Assembly: GCA_002358575.1 (NCBI GenBank)
Contig: DEPD01000093.1
Coordinates: 14,487 to 78,486, forward strand
Direction of reading: 5' to 3'
From: Lachnospiraceae bacterium UBA3401
GTDB lineage: Bacteria; Bacillota; Clostridia; Lachnospirales; Lachnospiraceae
Length of the DNA stretch: 64,000 nt
Position numbers and translations under genes: made by a program. Below are positions 38,528-48,673 of this stretch, one piece after another. The notes beneath the pieces were generated by a model that saw only the letters and a list, made by a program, of their open reading frames with translations, did not search any database and had not been told where the DNA came from. The stretch's first letter is position 1, and every line of letters begins with the position of its first letter.

Positions 38528-40417
38528 ATGTGTGGAATAGCAGGTTTTTGTAACAGTCCTAAGAACTGGAAAGAAAATATAGAAAAGATGAATCAAAGAA
38601 TGTATCACAGGGGGCCAGATGCGGGCGGCATCTGGGCAGATGATACAGCTAATGTTGTGCTGGGGCACCGCAGACTCTCGATTGTGGATTTGTCGGAAAC
38701 CGGTACACAGCCAATGCATTCGGCTTCTGGTAGATATGTATGTGTGTTTAACGGTGAAATTTATAATTACCGCCGACTGCGGGATAAACTGTTAAAGGAA
38801 AAAAAAGTAACCGCTTTTCGGGGGACTTCTGATACAGAAGTGCTGTTGGAAGCGATTGAGGCATATGGTGTGACGGAGACTATCAAACATTGTAAAGGAA
38901 TGTTTGCGATTGCACTCTATGATAAAAAAACAGGACGGTTGACACTGATTCGGGACCGGATTGGCGAGAAACCGTTGTACTATGGATTTGTCAATGGGCA
39001 TTTTGTCTTTGCCTCGGATATTGGCAGCATTCGCGTGCTGGACGATTTTTATAATCCAATTGACACTAAAGTATTGCAGTTGTATTTTATTCATGGATAT
39101 ATTCCAGCGCCATATTCCATCTATCAAAATATCTATAAGCTGGATGCAGGCTGTATGTTGGAGTTAGATGCGCCTTATAAAGAACCGAAGATAAAGACGT
39201 ACTGGTCTGTGCGGGAAGCCGCAAAATATGGACAGGCACATTTATTTCAGGGGACTAGGCAGGAGGCAGCAGATGAACTTGAACGGCTGCTAAAAGCTTC
39301 GATAAGAGAACAAATGGTTGCAGATGTTCCAGTTGGTGCGTTTTTGTCGGCGGGGATTGACAGCAGTACTGTTGTGGCATTGATGCAGGCACAGTCTGCA
39401 CAGAAAGTGCAAAGTTTTACGATTGGCATGAAAGACCCGGAATATAATGAGGCTGTTTATGCAAAGGAAATCGCACAGCATCTTGGCACAGAACACACAG
39501 AACTTTATATAACAGCGGAAGATGCAAAAGCAGTGATTCCAAAACTTTCTTGGATATTTGGAGAGCCGTTTGCGGATTCGTCCCAGATACCAACCTATCT
39601 TGTGAGCAAGATGACAAGGGAACATGTGACCGTATCATTGAGCGGTGATGCGGGGGACGAGCTTTTTTGCGGTTATGGTTCCTACGCGTCTGTCAATCGT
39701 ATTTGGGGAAAAATGAAACGCTATCCCTATGGAATCCGAAAACTTGCCAGTAAGTTTCTAGTGGGAAACCTACTGATTCAAAACAATCAGTTACTACAGA
39801 CAAAGGCGTATCTTTTAGGGGCAAAAAGCCCCGAACATTTATATGAATTATCCAATGCGCAGGAGGCTTCCAATCTCCATATTGCATTGGAACAAGAGAC
39901 ACATGCGTACAAACACAACAACCTTCCTTATGGGGCGTTGAGAGACCCACAGAGCAGCATTATGCTGATGGATATGGAGGTCTATCACCCAGATGATATT
40001 TTAGTTAAGGTTGACCGCGCTGCTATGGCGGTTTCGCTCGAAACGCGGGTGCCTATGTTGGACAAAGATGTAGTTGAGTTTGCCTGGACAATCCCTATAA
40101 CGTATAAAAAGCAAGGGGACGAGGGCAAACTAATATTAAAAGATGTGCTGTACCGCTATGTTCCAAAAGAAATGATGGATCGCCCCAAAAAGGGATTTTC
40201 CATTCCAATCACGCAATGGCTATTGGAACCGGAACTTCGCCAGTGGGCAGAGTCGCTGCTTGACAGTAACTTAATCAGACGGCAGGGAATTTTGAATGCA
40301 GATGCAGTTCAGCGGATTTGGAAGGACTTTACGGAGAGAGGAAACTGGCGTATTCAAATTTGGTATCTATTAATGTTTCAGAGCTGGATGCTGGATTGTG
40401 AAGCAGGCTGTGTTTAA
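38528..40417 (+). CDS. asnB: Asparagine synthase (glutamine-hydrolysing) family amidotransferase, second copy
   Basis: 629 aa. MCGIAGF, HRGPDAGG, PP-loop FLSAGIDSS, SGDAGDELFCGY. Collinear with the 12483 copy. Confidence 0.9.
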   Translation: MCGIAGFCNSPKNWKENIEKMNQRMYHRGPDAGGIWADDTANVVLGHRRLSIVDLSETGTQPMHSASGRYVCVFNGEIYNYRRLRDKLLKEKKVTAFRGTSDTEVLLEAIEAYGVTETIKHCKGMFAIALYDKKTGRLTLIRDRIGEKPLYYGFVNGHFVFASDIGSIRVLDDFYNPIDTKVLQLYFIHGYIPAPYSIYQNIYKLDAGCMLELDAPYKEPKIKTYWSVREAAKYGQAHLFQGTRQEAADELERLLKASIREQMVADVPVGAFLSAGIDSSTVVALMQAQSAQKVQSFTIGMKDPEYNEAVYAKEIAQHLGTEHTELYITAEDAKAVIPKLSWIFGEPFADSSQIPTYLVSKMTREHVTVSLSGDAGDELFCGYGSYASVNRIWGKMKRYPYGIRKLASKFLVGNLLIQNNQLLQTKAYLLGAKSPEHLYELSNAQEASNLHIALEQETHAYKHNNLPYGALRDPQSSIMLMDMEVYHPDDILVKVDRAAMAVSLETRVPMLDKDVVEFAWTIPITYKKQGDEGKLILKDVLYRYVPKEMMDRPKKGFSIPITQWLLEPELRQWAESLLDSNLIRRQGILNADAVQRIWKDFTERGNWRIQIWYLLMFQSWMLDCEAGCV

Positions 40418-40435
40418 AATAAAACGGAGGAAAAG

Positions 40436-42154
40436 ATGCTTTCAGTATTTTTCAACTGGATTTATATTGCAATCACTGCATTTTTGATGGGAATGCGGCT
40501 GCGCGAAGTTGTGTGGAGGCACTTTCAATATCGTGTAAAGGATATCAGCAGTATTTTGGCAGCAGGATTGATAACAATTACAGTGTATGCGCAGGTATTC
40601 AGTTTGTTTTATAAAGTTGGCGCTGCTGCCAATATTATCCTTGTGGGAATGTGCATTCTGGTTGTGGTGACGCAGCACAATCAAATTACAGAGTTATTGT
40701 ACTGCACATGGAAAAAAAATAGCAGCGCAGGAAAACTTGTGTTGGCGATAAGTATTATACTATGGTGTTTTTGTACTTCGCGTGGGTATATGCACTATGA
40801 TTCCGATTTATATCATGCGCAGAGTATTCGCTGGATTGAAGAATATGGGATTGTGAAGGGACTGGGCAATATTCATGTGCGCTTTGCTTACAACAGTTCC
40901 TTTTTTGCATTGTCAGCACTTTACAGTATGAAATTTCTCTGTGGCAGGTCGCTGCATACCGTCAATGGATTGATAGCACTTCTGCTCTGGATACAAGTTC
41001 TTGCACTGTTTCAGAAAAAGAAGGATAAAAAAACACTGGTGACAGATTTTGCAAGGGCAGGTGCTTTTTATTATCTCACAATTATTTATCGTGATATTGT
41101 TTCCCCGGCGTCTGACTATGCTGTTATGTGCGTTATATTTTTTATTGTAATAAAATGGCTAGAACTTATTGAGAAGGAAGAAAAGCAGGCGGCACCCTAT
41201 GCGCTTTTGTGCGTGGCAGGGACTTACGCTGTGACATTAAAGCTGACAGCAGGACTTATTTTAATATTGGCAATAAAGCCATTGTATATATTGCTGCGAG
41301 AAAAAAAGCTGCAAGACATTGGCATTTATCTATTATTGGGGTGTGAAGTGATTGTTCCGTGGCTTGCAAGGAATGTATTGATATCAGGATATTTGCTGTA
41401 TCCATTTCCTGCACTGGATTTATTTCGTGTAGATTGGAAAATTCCTGCTGCGTCTGCTGCATTGGACGCGGCGGAGATTCAGACATGGGGCAGAGGGATA
41501 TACAATGCAGCACTGGTAGATTTGCCTTTGATAAAATGGTTTCCAGCGTGGTTTCATGAGACATTACCTGCAGTTGGCAAGTTGTTTGTGCTGGCAGATA
41601 TTGTCTGCATACCTATTTTTCTTATTTTAGCAGTGAAAAATTTGATGGTGAAAAATTTGCCTGCGCAGAGTGATTTGAACCGAATGCGCTCGAATCAGCT
41701 TCTTGTGCTTGGCACAATGCTTGCCTCTTATCTTTTTTGGCAGTTTTCTGCGCCGCTTTTGCGGTATGGATATGCCTATATTCTGCTTCCTATCATGATA
41801 ACGAGCGGTATTTTATTTGATATTTTAAGAAAATACTTTGACAAATTCCAAAAAAAGGATATGATAGTAAAGATAGCGTTGTTGGGAACGACAGCATTAT
41901 TTTTGTTTTCCGCGATAAAAATGTTCTCTTTTGTGTGTTATTTCTATACAGAGTCAGCAAAACCAGCATATGAATATCAACAAAATTATGGGCAGTATGA
42001 ATTGGAAAGCTATGATGTAAATGGAGTTTTGTTTTATTATCCTGTCAGTGGAGACAGGACTGGATATGACTACTTTCCATCAATTCCAAGAAAGACACCA
42101 ATTTTCTTTCGAGGAGAAACAATGAAAGAGGGTTTTATTGGAGAGATATTATGA
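40436..42154 (+). CDS. Large multipass membrane protein (polymerase / GT-C-like, family unknown)
   Basis: 572 aa; RBS GGAGGAAAAG; more than 10 hydrophobic segments. Loop motif YMHYDSDLYHAQSIRWIEEYG. Confidence 0.65.
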   Translation: MLSVFFNWIYIAITAFLMGMRLREVVWRHFQYRVKDISSILAAGLITITVYAQVFSLFYKVGAAANIILVGMCILVVVTQHNQITELLYCTWKKNSSAGKLVLAISIILWCFCTSRGYMHYDSDLYHAQSIRWIEEYGIVKGLGNIHVRFAYNSSFFALSALYSMKFLCGRSLHTVNGLIALLLWIQVLALFQKKKDKKTLVTDFARAGAFYYLTIIYRDIVSPASDYAVMCVIFFIVIKWLELIEKEEKQAAPYALLCVAGTYAVTLKLTAGLILILAIKPLYILLREKKLQDIGIYLLLGCEVIVPWLARNVLISGYLLYPFPALDLFRVDWKIPAASAALDAAEIQTWGRGIYNAALVDLPLIKWFPAWFHETLPAVGKLFVLADIVCIPIFLILAVKNLMVKNLPAQSDLNRMRSNQLLVLGTMLASYLFWQFSAPLLRYGYAYILLPIMITSGILFDILRKYFDKFQKKDMIVKIALLGTTALFLFSAIKMFSFVCYFYTESAKPAYEYQQNYGQYELESYDVNGVLFYYPVSGDRTGYDYFPSIPRKTPIFFRGETMKEGFIGEIL

Positions 42155-43047
42155 TTATCATACATGTTATGGGAGGGCTTGGCAATCAACTTTACCAGTA
42201 TGCATTATATGAAAAGTTTAAACTTCTAGGAAAAGAAGTAAAGCTTGATTTGTACGCATATAAAGGGGCAGAGGGCGAGGAGAGAGAGTGGCGCGCACTC
42301 GAATTAGAATGGCTTGATGGATTGGAATATGAAGTCTGTACAGAGGAGGAGCGGCGTCTTTTTCTGGATAATGGTATGAAATTCACAGATAGAGTTCGGA
42401 GAAAGCTGATTGGCAGACGGGAAAAAACAGTCAAAGAAGATGCTGATTATATGCCTGAAATTTTTTCAATGGATAATGTATATCTTTATGGCTTTTGGAA
42501 TTGCGAGCGATATTATACGGATATCATACCAAAATTGCAGGAGAAAATTAAGTTTCCTCCAAGTATGAATCCGCGCAATCAGCAGATGATGCAGACAATG
42601 CAGCAGCAAAATGCAGTGAGCATTCATATTCGGCGTGATGATTATCTGACTGTGGCAGATGGGAAGCGATATATGGGAATCTGCACAGATGCTTATTATA
42701 ATAGTGCGATAAATTATATCTCAGAGCGTGTTGAAAATCCAATTTTTTATATTTTTTCCGATGATACAGCATACGCAAAGCGCGTTTATAAAGATAAGAA
42801 CATGTGTGTTGTGGATTGGAATACAGGCAGGGAAAGTCTGTATGATATGGAGCTGATGCGTTGTTGTAAACACAATATTTGTGCAAATAGCACTTTTAGT
42901 ATGTGGGGAGCAAGACTCAACCAAAATCCAAACAAAATGATGATTCGTCCGCTGCACCATGATAATTATGAGACGACAGATGCAAAGACAGTACACCAAA
43001 ACTGGCATGGATGGATATTGATTGATGCTGCAGGAGTTATGTGCTGA
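42151..43047 (+). CDS. GT11 alpha-1,2-fucosyltransferase-like glycosyltransferase
   Basis: 298 aa. GT11 motifs GGLGNQLYQYA, VSIHIRRDDY, IFSDD, ANSTFSMWGA. ATGA overlap with the upstream gene. Confidence 0.8.
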   Translation: MIIIHVMGGLGNQLYQYALYEKFKLLGKEVKLDLYAYKGAEGEEREWRALELEWLDGLEYEVCTEEERRLFLDNGMKFTDRVRRKLIGRREKTVKEDADYMPEIFSMDNVYLYGFWNCERYYTDIIPKLQEKIKFPPSMNPRNQQMMQTMQQQNAVSIHIRRDDYLTVADGKRYMGICTDAYYNSAINYISERVENPIFYIFSDDTAYAKRVYKDKNMCVVDWNTGRESLYDMELMRCCKHNICANSTFSMWGARLNQNPNKMMIRPLHHDNYETTDAKTVHQNWHGWILIDAAGVMC

Positions 43048-43076
43048 CAAAGAATTTATTGAAGGAGTGAAAGATT

Positions 43077-43637
43077 ATGGGTAAACCAAATTTCCCTTTT
43101 GATTTGACAGGATATACCTGTTTTTCTGTTATTAACTGTCCTGTGGAACAGGCAATTGCGCTTTTGGAGGAGTATCCTGGGATTTGTATAGCCGAGGATA
43201 GAGTTCCCGTTTCTTTTCAAATTGCTGCTTTGCCAGAGGAGACAAAGTGGACGATTCTACGCTGGGAACATCCAGTAAGATTTTATGATTTAATGAATTT
43301 AACCATGTGGTTGATGGGGTATCGTGCTGGTTTGGGTGGGGAAAATCCTATTTTTATTGCACTTCCACCGACAGAGCGCGCTGCGGAAGGGGTATTTCTG
43401 GCTCGGCCGGACTATGATAATCAGTTTGGTGATTCCATGTTGGGGTTCTGGCAAAATTGGAGTTTTAATTACACAATACCGGGAGAAAAACTGCGCTGGA
43501 TTGGGGAAGATGTGTTTCCAGAAGAGTATTTCTTCTATGGTCATGGCTATTCCTTGACTGGATTTCAATTACAGTGGCTGACAAATTTGGAACGTATTTC
43601 AGACTGGAAAGAGTGTTCCATTCCAATGGAAAGATAG
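43077..43637 (+). CDS. Hypothetical soluble Trp-rich protein, no recognisable family
   Basis: 186 aa; strong RBS GAAGGAG 8 nt upstream of the ATG. No TM segment or signal peptide, and no motif I can place. Confidence 0.6.
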   Translation: MGKPNFPFDLTGYTCFSVINCPVEQAIALLEEYPGICIAEDRVPVSFQIAALPEETKWTILRWEHPVRFYDLMNLTMWLMGYRAGLGGENPIFIALPPTERAAEGVFLARPDYDNQFGDSMLGFWQNWSFNYTIPGEKLRWIGEDVFPEEYFFYGHGYSLTGFQLQWLTNLERISDWKECSIPMER

Positions 43638-43672
43638 ATTTCTACAGTTCCTAAGGCTATGAAAGGATTCTC

Positions 43673-44746
43673 ATGCAGAAAGTTCAACAGAAAGACTTAA
43701 TTTCAATTATCATTCCGGTATACAATGTTGAGGCATATCTTGACCGCTGCATTCAGTCCGTGATTCACCAAACTTATCAAAATCTTGAAATTATATTAGT
43801 AGATGATGGCTCGACAGACCATTCTGGCAAGATGTGTGATGCCTATGCAAAAAGTGATAAGCGAATCAAGGTGGTGCACAAATCAAACGGTGGGTTGTCC
43901 GATGCCAGAAATGCAGGGCTTGCGGTTATCACAGGAACTTATATTGGCTATGTGGACAGTGATGACTGGATAGAATTGGAAATGTATGAACGTATGTACG
44001 CTGCGTGCATTGAAAATCAGGCAGAGCTTGCGATCTGCCGTTATAGAACTGAATACTCTGCCAAAAATTCCGCCATGTCTGTAGATGCTGTATTGGAAAG
44101 TGATTTGGTCGTGCCGCTTTCTAGGGATGCACTTTTGCAAATTTATCTCTGCGGGCACGAAAAATATGTGATTTATAACTCTGTGTGGAGTAAATTATTT
44201 CACAGAGATTTGGTGAAAGATATGATTTTCCCGAAAGGAAGAAACTCAGAGGATATCATGTATACCACCAAAGCATTTTGCAGACTGAAAAAAGCAGTCT
44301 ACCTTGATTCTGGATTTTACCATTATGTACAAGACAGACAGGGAAGTATTATGAATGAAACTAAAAGCAAACGAATGTTTAGAGATGAAATTCCATTTTG
44401 GCGTGAACATATTACCTATATTAAAAACAATATATCAGACGAGATGGGAAATTTGGCTGCATACTATTTTTGGAGACGTCTTTTATCCTACTATTTAGAT
44501 TTGTCTGCTCGACAGGAGACAAAAGCAGACGCAAAGCGCCTTGCAAACATGATGCAAAGCGAAGCAACAGTGATTAGACAAGTCTATGCGAAAGTGCATA
44601 GAAGCAACGGGGACCTAATTCGCATGAAACTGTTCTTGTATAGTCCGTTGGGATATCGTATTGTAAATGGGTTTTATGCACGTATAATAGTGCCAATAAA
44701 AAGAAAAGCTAAGGATGGAGGACAAAATGAAAAAACAACAAATTAG
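43673..44746 (+). CDS. GT2 glycosyltransferase
   Basis: 357 aa. ISIIIPVYNVEAYLDRCIQSVIHQTYQNLEIILVDDGSTD and DSDDW (DxD). Confidence 0.85.
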   Translation: MQKVQQKDLISIIIPVYNVEAYLDRCIQSVIHQTYQNLEIILVDDGSTDHSGKMCDAYAKSDKRIKVVHKSNGGLSDARNAGLAVITGTYIGYVDSDDWIELEMYERMYAACIENQAELAICRYRTEYSAKNSAMSVDAVLESDLVVPLSRDALLQIYLCGHEKYVIYNSVWSKLFHRDLVKDMIFPKGRNSEDIMYTTKAFCRLKKAVYLDSGFYHYVQDRQGSIMNETKSKRMFRDEIPFWREHITYIKNNISDEMGNLAAYYFWRRLLSYYLDLSARQETKADAKRLANMMQSEATVIRQVYAKVHRSNGDLIRMKLFLYSPLGYRIVNGFYARIIVPIKRKAKDGGQNEKTTN

Positions 44747-46064
44747 ATTTTATATCGTCGTTGCAATTAGTTTTGTTGCAATTTTAATCTATAATTTTCT
44801 TACACCGCTGATGTCTGACGAACTTCAGTTTGATGCCTCTATGTATCATTCCATTGCAGATATTTTTCGCGCAGAATATGAAAATTATATGACTTGGAAC
44901 GGTCGTTCGGTCGTTCAATTGATTATGCGTTGTTTTCTTCTGGGTCCAAAATGGATTTTCAATATTTGTAATAGCACTTGCTTTGTACTGTTAACGTTGT
45001 TGATATACTGGAATATTTCAGAGAAGCGGAAATCCTATGACCTTGCTGCTTATTTGCTGGTAAGTTTGTTTTTGTGGCAGTTTGGCGTCTCGTTTGACCA
45101 AACTGTACTATGGGAAAGTGGTGCGTGTAATTATCTATGGGGTGCGGTGATTATTCTTGGTTTTGTGACATATTACCGATATAAAATCGAACATATGGAG
45201 ACTATAAAACATAGAATTGTCTTGTCGTTTTTCCTTTTTATATTCGGATTGTTGGGCGGCTGGTGCAATGAGAATACCTCTGGGGGAGGTTTTTTATTAG
45301 TTCTATTCTTTACCATTGCATTTTACCTTCAAAATAAAAAATTGGAACCATGGATGATAGCAGGAGTCGGCGGAATGATTACGGGATTATTATTTATGGT
45401 GATGGCGCCAGGGAACCGACTGAGAGGGGACTTGCTCCGAGAGACAGAGGAACATAGCGGTATTTTGGCATATGTTGGGCGCTTTCTAAAGATTAATACA
45501 GCAATATACACATATTTATTTTTTATGCTAGTAATCGTTGTTTTGATTTTGACATTTCTTGTTTTGAAAGGAAAGCGATTAAGGGACTTTTATTTTGTGA
45601 TTTTATATGCTGTGGTTAGCCTAGCAACTTCCTATGCATTAATTTTAACACCACAACCAATGGACAGAGCATATTTTGGGGCTGGTGTCTTTATGACAAT
45701 CGCATGTGTGCAGGCAATTTGGTATATACCAAAAGAGGAGATCTATCTAAATACTTTTAAATTTGCCGGGATTGTATTATTTCTAATAGGAATGTTCTTT
45801 TCTTATTGTGAAAACGGAGCCAATCTTATGAGAATTTATCGCGAGGTCAATGAACGAGAAGCATATATACTAGAGCAAAAGGAGCAAGGCAATGTCAATC
45901 TGACAGTGCCAATGCTCAGACCTGGATTTGAGACCAAATATAGTTTTTATTATAAAAATGATGTTGATCAGGACCCAGAGAGCTGGGGCTGTTCTATATT
46001 ACGCCAGTATTATGATTTGGAAAGTTTAGTTGGCATACCACGAAGCGAATGGACCGAATATTAA
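44727..46064 (+). CDS. Multipass membrane protein (DUF6056-like, from memory)
   Basis: Track ORF 44715..46064. ATG 44727 lies 6 nt after GGAGG. About 10 hydrophobic segments. N-terminal loop LMSDELQFD...YENYMTWNGRSVVQL. Confidence 0.65.
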   Translation: MKKQQIRFYIVVAISFVAILIYNFLTPLMSDELQFDASMYHSIADIFRAEYENYMTWNGRSVVQLIMRCFLLGPKWIFNICNSTCFVLLTLLIYWNISEKRKSYDLAAYLLVSLFLWQFGVSFDQTVLWESGACNYLWGAVIILGFVTYYRYKIEHMETIKHRIVLSFFLFIFGLLGGWCNENTSGGGFLLVLFFTIAFYLQNKKLEPWMIAGVGGMITGLLFMVMAPGNRLRGDLLRETEEHSGILAYVGRFLKINTAIYTYLFFMLVIVVLILTFLVLKGKRLRDFYFVILYAVVSLATSYALILTPQPMDRAYFGAGVFMTIACVQAIWYIPKEEIYLNTFKFAGIVLFLIGMFFSYCENGANLMRIYREVNEREAYILEQKEQGNVNLTVPMLRPGFETKYSFYYKNDVDQDPESWGCSILRQYYDLESLVGIPRSEWTEY

Positions 46065-46074
46065 AGGAGAGTAT

Positions 46075-47550
46075 ATGTTATTTAATTCTTATATCTTTAT
46101 TTTCCTGTTTTTACCAGTAGTGCTTGCAGGATATTACGGATTCAATTATATAAATAAATATAAACTTTCACTTTGCTGGCTTATTGTGATGTCCATGCTG
46201 TTTTATGGTTATGATTACAATGCAACTAGTGTTCGGTATATGGTGGTCTTAATGGTCAGCATTCTGCTTAATTATGGGCTTGTGAAGATTTTGTCAAAAG
46301 TGAGTGTTATGCTATGGCGGCGGATATTATTGGTGTTTGGTCTGCTCTTAAATTTAGGCATTTTATTTTATTTTAAGTATTATGATTTCTTTATTGAAAA
46401 TATCAATGGTGTTTTGGGAACAGATATTGGGCTTTTGCGTGTAATGTTGCCGCTCGGTATTAGTTTTTATACGTTTCAGCAGCTTTCCTATGTGATAGAC
46501 AGCTATAAAAGAGAATGTGAACCATATAGTTTGTTGGAGTATGCGGCGTATGTTTCTTTTTTTCCACAGTTGGTTGCAGGACCGATTGTATACCATGATG
46601 AACTGATCCCACAACTTCGGGACAAGAAAAATCATGTGCTGAACTATACAAATTTGAGCAAAGGAATCTATGCATTTGCGCTGGGACTTGCCAAAAAAGT
46701 TTTGATAGCAGATACCTTTTCTAAAGTTGTGACAATTGGTTATGGAAATATTGGTGATCTGAATGCAGTGAGCGTGCTGATTTTGATGGTATGTTATACA
46801 ATGCAGATCTATTTTGATTTTAGCGGATACTGTGACATTGCGTTAGGGATTGGATATCTGTTCAATGTAGAACTTCCGCTGAACTTTAACTCTCCATATA
46901 AAGCAGCGTCTATCGTTGAGTTTTGGGGAAGATGGCATATGACCTTGACAAGATTTTTTACCAAATATGTCTATATTCCTCTTGGGGGAAGTAGAAAAGG
47001 AATTATCAGAAGGTATGTAAATATTCTCATTGTGTTTTTGGTGAGCGGCATTTGGCATGGTGCAAACTGGACTTATATTTTGTGGGGAGTAATCAATGGA
47101 ATTGGAAATGTGATTGAGAAGATTTTTGGACGATTTTTTCGGTGGGTTCCGCGGGCAGTTGGCGTGGCGGTAACATTTATATTCTGCCTTTTTTCCATGA
47201 GTCTTTTTCGTGCGGAATCCATTACACAGGCAAGACAGCTTTGGCGGCATCTAAAAGTTGCTGGTGATGGTGTGTTGTACAGGCCAATGACAGATGCGTT
47301 TAATGATTTGGTGGAAGTAAAATTACTCTGTAAGATTGGCCTTGACGGGATCGTGAGGCAGTATCCAGGAATACTGTTGGTTGCATTTAGCTTGATTGTC
47401 TTGGCTGCTTGTTTTTTTATGAAAAATACACAGGAAAAAATTGCACAGATGCGATATTCTGTCAGACAGATTATCGTAGTAATTGTTTTAATGTTGTGGA
47501 GTATTTTGACACTTTCAGATGTCAGCGAGTTTTTGTACTTTAATTTTTAA
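46075..47550 (+). CDS. MBOAT family O-acyltransferase (AlgI/DltB-like)
   Basis: Track ORF 46030..47550. ATG 46075 follows AAGGAGAG. MLFNSYIFIFLFLPVV start, FWGRWHMTLTRFFTKYVYIPLGGSRKG, and the conserved His in SGIWHGANW. Confidence 0.85.
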   Translation: MLFNSYIFIFLFLPVVLAGYYGFNYINKYKLSLCWLIVMSMLFYGYDYNATSVRYMVVLMVSILLNYGLVKILSKVSVMLWRRILLVFGLLLNLGILFYFKYYDFFIENINGVLGTDIGLLRVMLPLGISFYTFQQLSYVIDSYKRECEPYSLLEYAAYVSFFPQLVAGPIVYHDELIPQLRDKKNHVLNYTNLSKGIYAFALGLAKKVLIADTFSKVVTIGYGNIGDLNAVSVLILMVCYTMQIYFDFSGYCDIALGIGYLFNVELPLNFNSPYKAASIVEFWGRWHMTLTRFFTKYVYIPLGGSRKGIIRRYVNILIVFLVSGIWHGANWTYILWGVINGIGNVIEKIFGRFFRWVPRAVGVAVTFIFCLFSMSLFRAESITQARQLWRHLKVAGDGVLYRPMTDAFNDLVEVKLLCKIGLDGIVRQYPGILLVAFSLIVLAACFFMKNTQEKIAQMRYSVRQIIVVIVLMLWSILTLSDVSEFLYFNF

Positions 47551-47586
47551 AGTTTTAGGTTTTAAATAGTTAGAAAGGAAAACAGA

Positions 47587-48657
47587 ATGGACCAGGGACA
47601 AAAAGATGCTAAAAAATGGTTTATACGATGTTTTGCATCGCTATTATTGTCAATTTTTCTTGTCTTTTTGATTGTTTGGATATTTGATCCGTATTTTCAT
47701 TTTCACAAGCCGTTTTCATTTGTCTCTTATCGGTTGTATGACGAGCGATATACAAATGATGGCATTTCAAGGCACTTTGATTACAATGCTATTATTACAG
47801 GGACATCAATGGCGCAGAATTTTAAACCGAGCGAGATGGATGCTTTGTTTGGGACCCAGTCTGTGAAAGAAACCTTCTCAGGAGCAGGATTTCAGGAGCT
47901 TTCACAGAATCTAGAGCGGGCATTACAGCGCAATAAAAATTTGAAAACGGTTCTATGGACGCTGGATTATAGCGGACTCATTCGGGAGAAAGACTGGACG
48001 CAGTATGAAGGATATCCAGAATACCTTTATGATGATAATCCATGGAATGATATGCAGTATGTATTTAATAAGTCTATTTTTTACCATGGTGTTCTACCCA
48101 ATATTTTAAAGACAGTGACAGGACAGCCTAGAACGACAATGGATGCGTATTCTTCTTGGGACAAGGAAACAGGGTTGCGCTTTATTCTGCAGACATATGA
48201 CAGGAACCATGTGGAGGAGGATATGCCAACAGTCTTGGGTCCAGAGGAACGAAAGATGACGTTGGAAAATATTACAGAGAATGTTACCTCGTTGATAAAC
48301 CAATATCCAGAGACAACATTTTATGTTTTCTATACGCCGTATAGTATTTGCTACTGGGATTCTTTGATACAGGAAGGTTCTATTATAAGACAGTTTGAGG
48401 CGGAACAATTGGTTACAGAACTGCTGCTTCAGTGTCCAAATGTAAAGTTGTATAACTTTTTTGATCAGTATGAAGTGATTACAAATCTTGATAATTACAG
48501 GGATAAGGAACATTATTCTGCCAAGATAAACAGTCAGATTTTGCAGTGGATTGCTTCTGATGTGGGGCTTGTCACAGAAGAAAATTATCTGGAGCGTTTG
48601 ACGGCAGAGAAACAGTTTTATTTAAATTATGATTACGAAGGAATTTATCACGAATGA
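47587..48657 (+). CDS. Membrane-anchored SGNH-like partner of the MBOAT (DltD/AlgJ-like)
   Basis: 356 aa. Single N-terminal TM LLLSIFLVFLIVWIF. Candidate Ser block ITGTSMAQNF and Asp-x-x-His block RDKEHYS. It sits directly after the MBOAT gene. Confidence 0.5.
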   Translation: MDQGQKDAKKWFIRCFASLLLSIFLVFLIVWIFDPYFHFHKPFSFVSYRLYDERYTNDGISRHFDYNAIITGTSMAQNFKPSEMDALFGTQSVKETFSGAGFQELSQNLERALQRNKNLKTVLWTLDYSGLIREKDWTQYEGYPEYLYDDNPWNDMQYVFNKSIFYHGVLPNILKTVTGQPRTTMDAYSSWDKETGLRFILQTYDRNHVEEDMPTVLGPEERKMTLENITENVTSLINQYPETTFYVFYTPYSICYWDSLIQEGSIIRQFEAEQLVTELLLQCPNVKLYNFFDQYEVITNLDNYRDKEHYSAKINSQILQWIASDVGLVTEENYLERLTAEKQFYLNYDYEGIYHE

Positions 48658-48673
48658 AAGGCATGGGTAAAAG

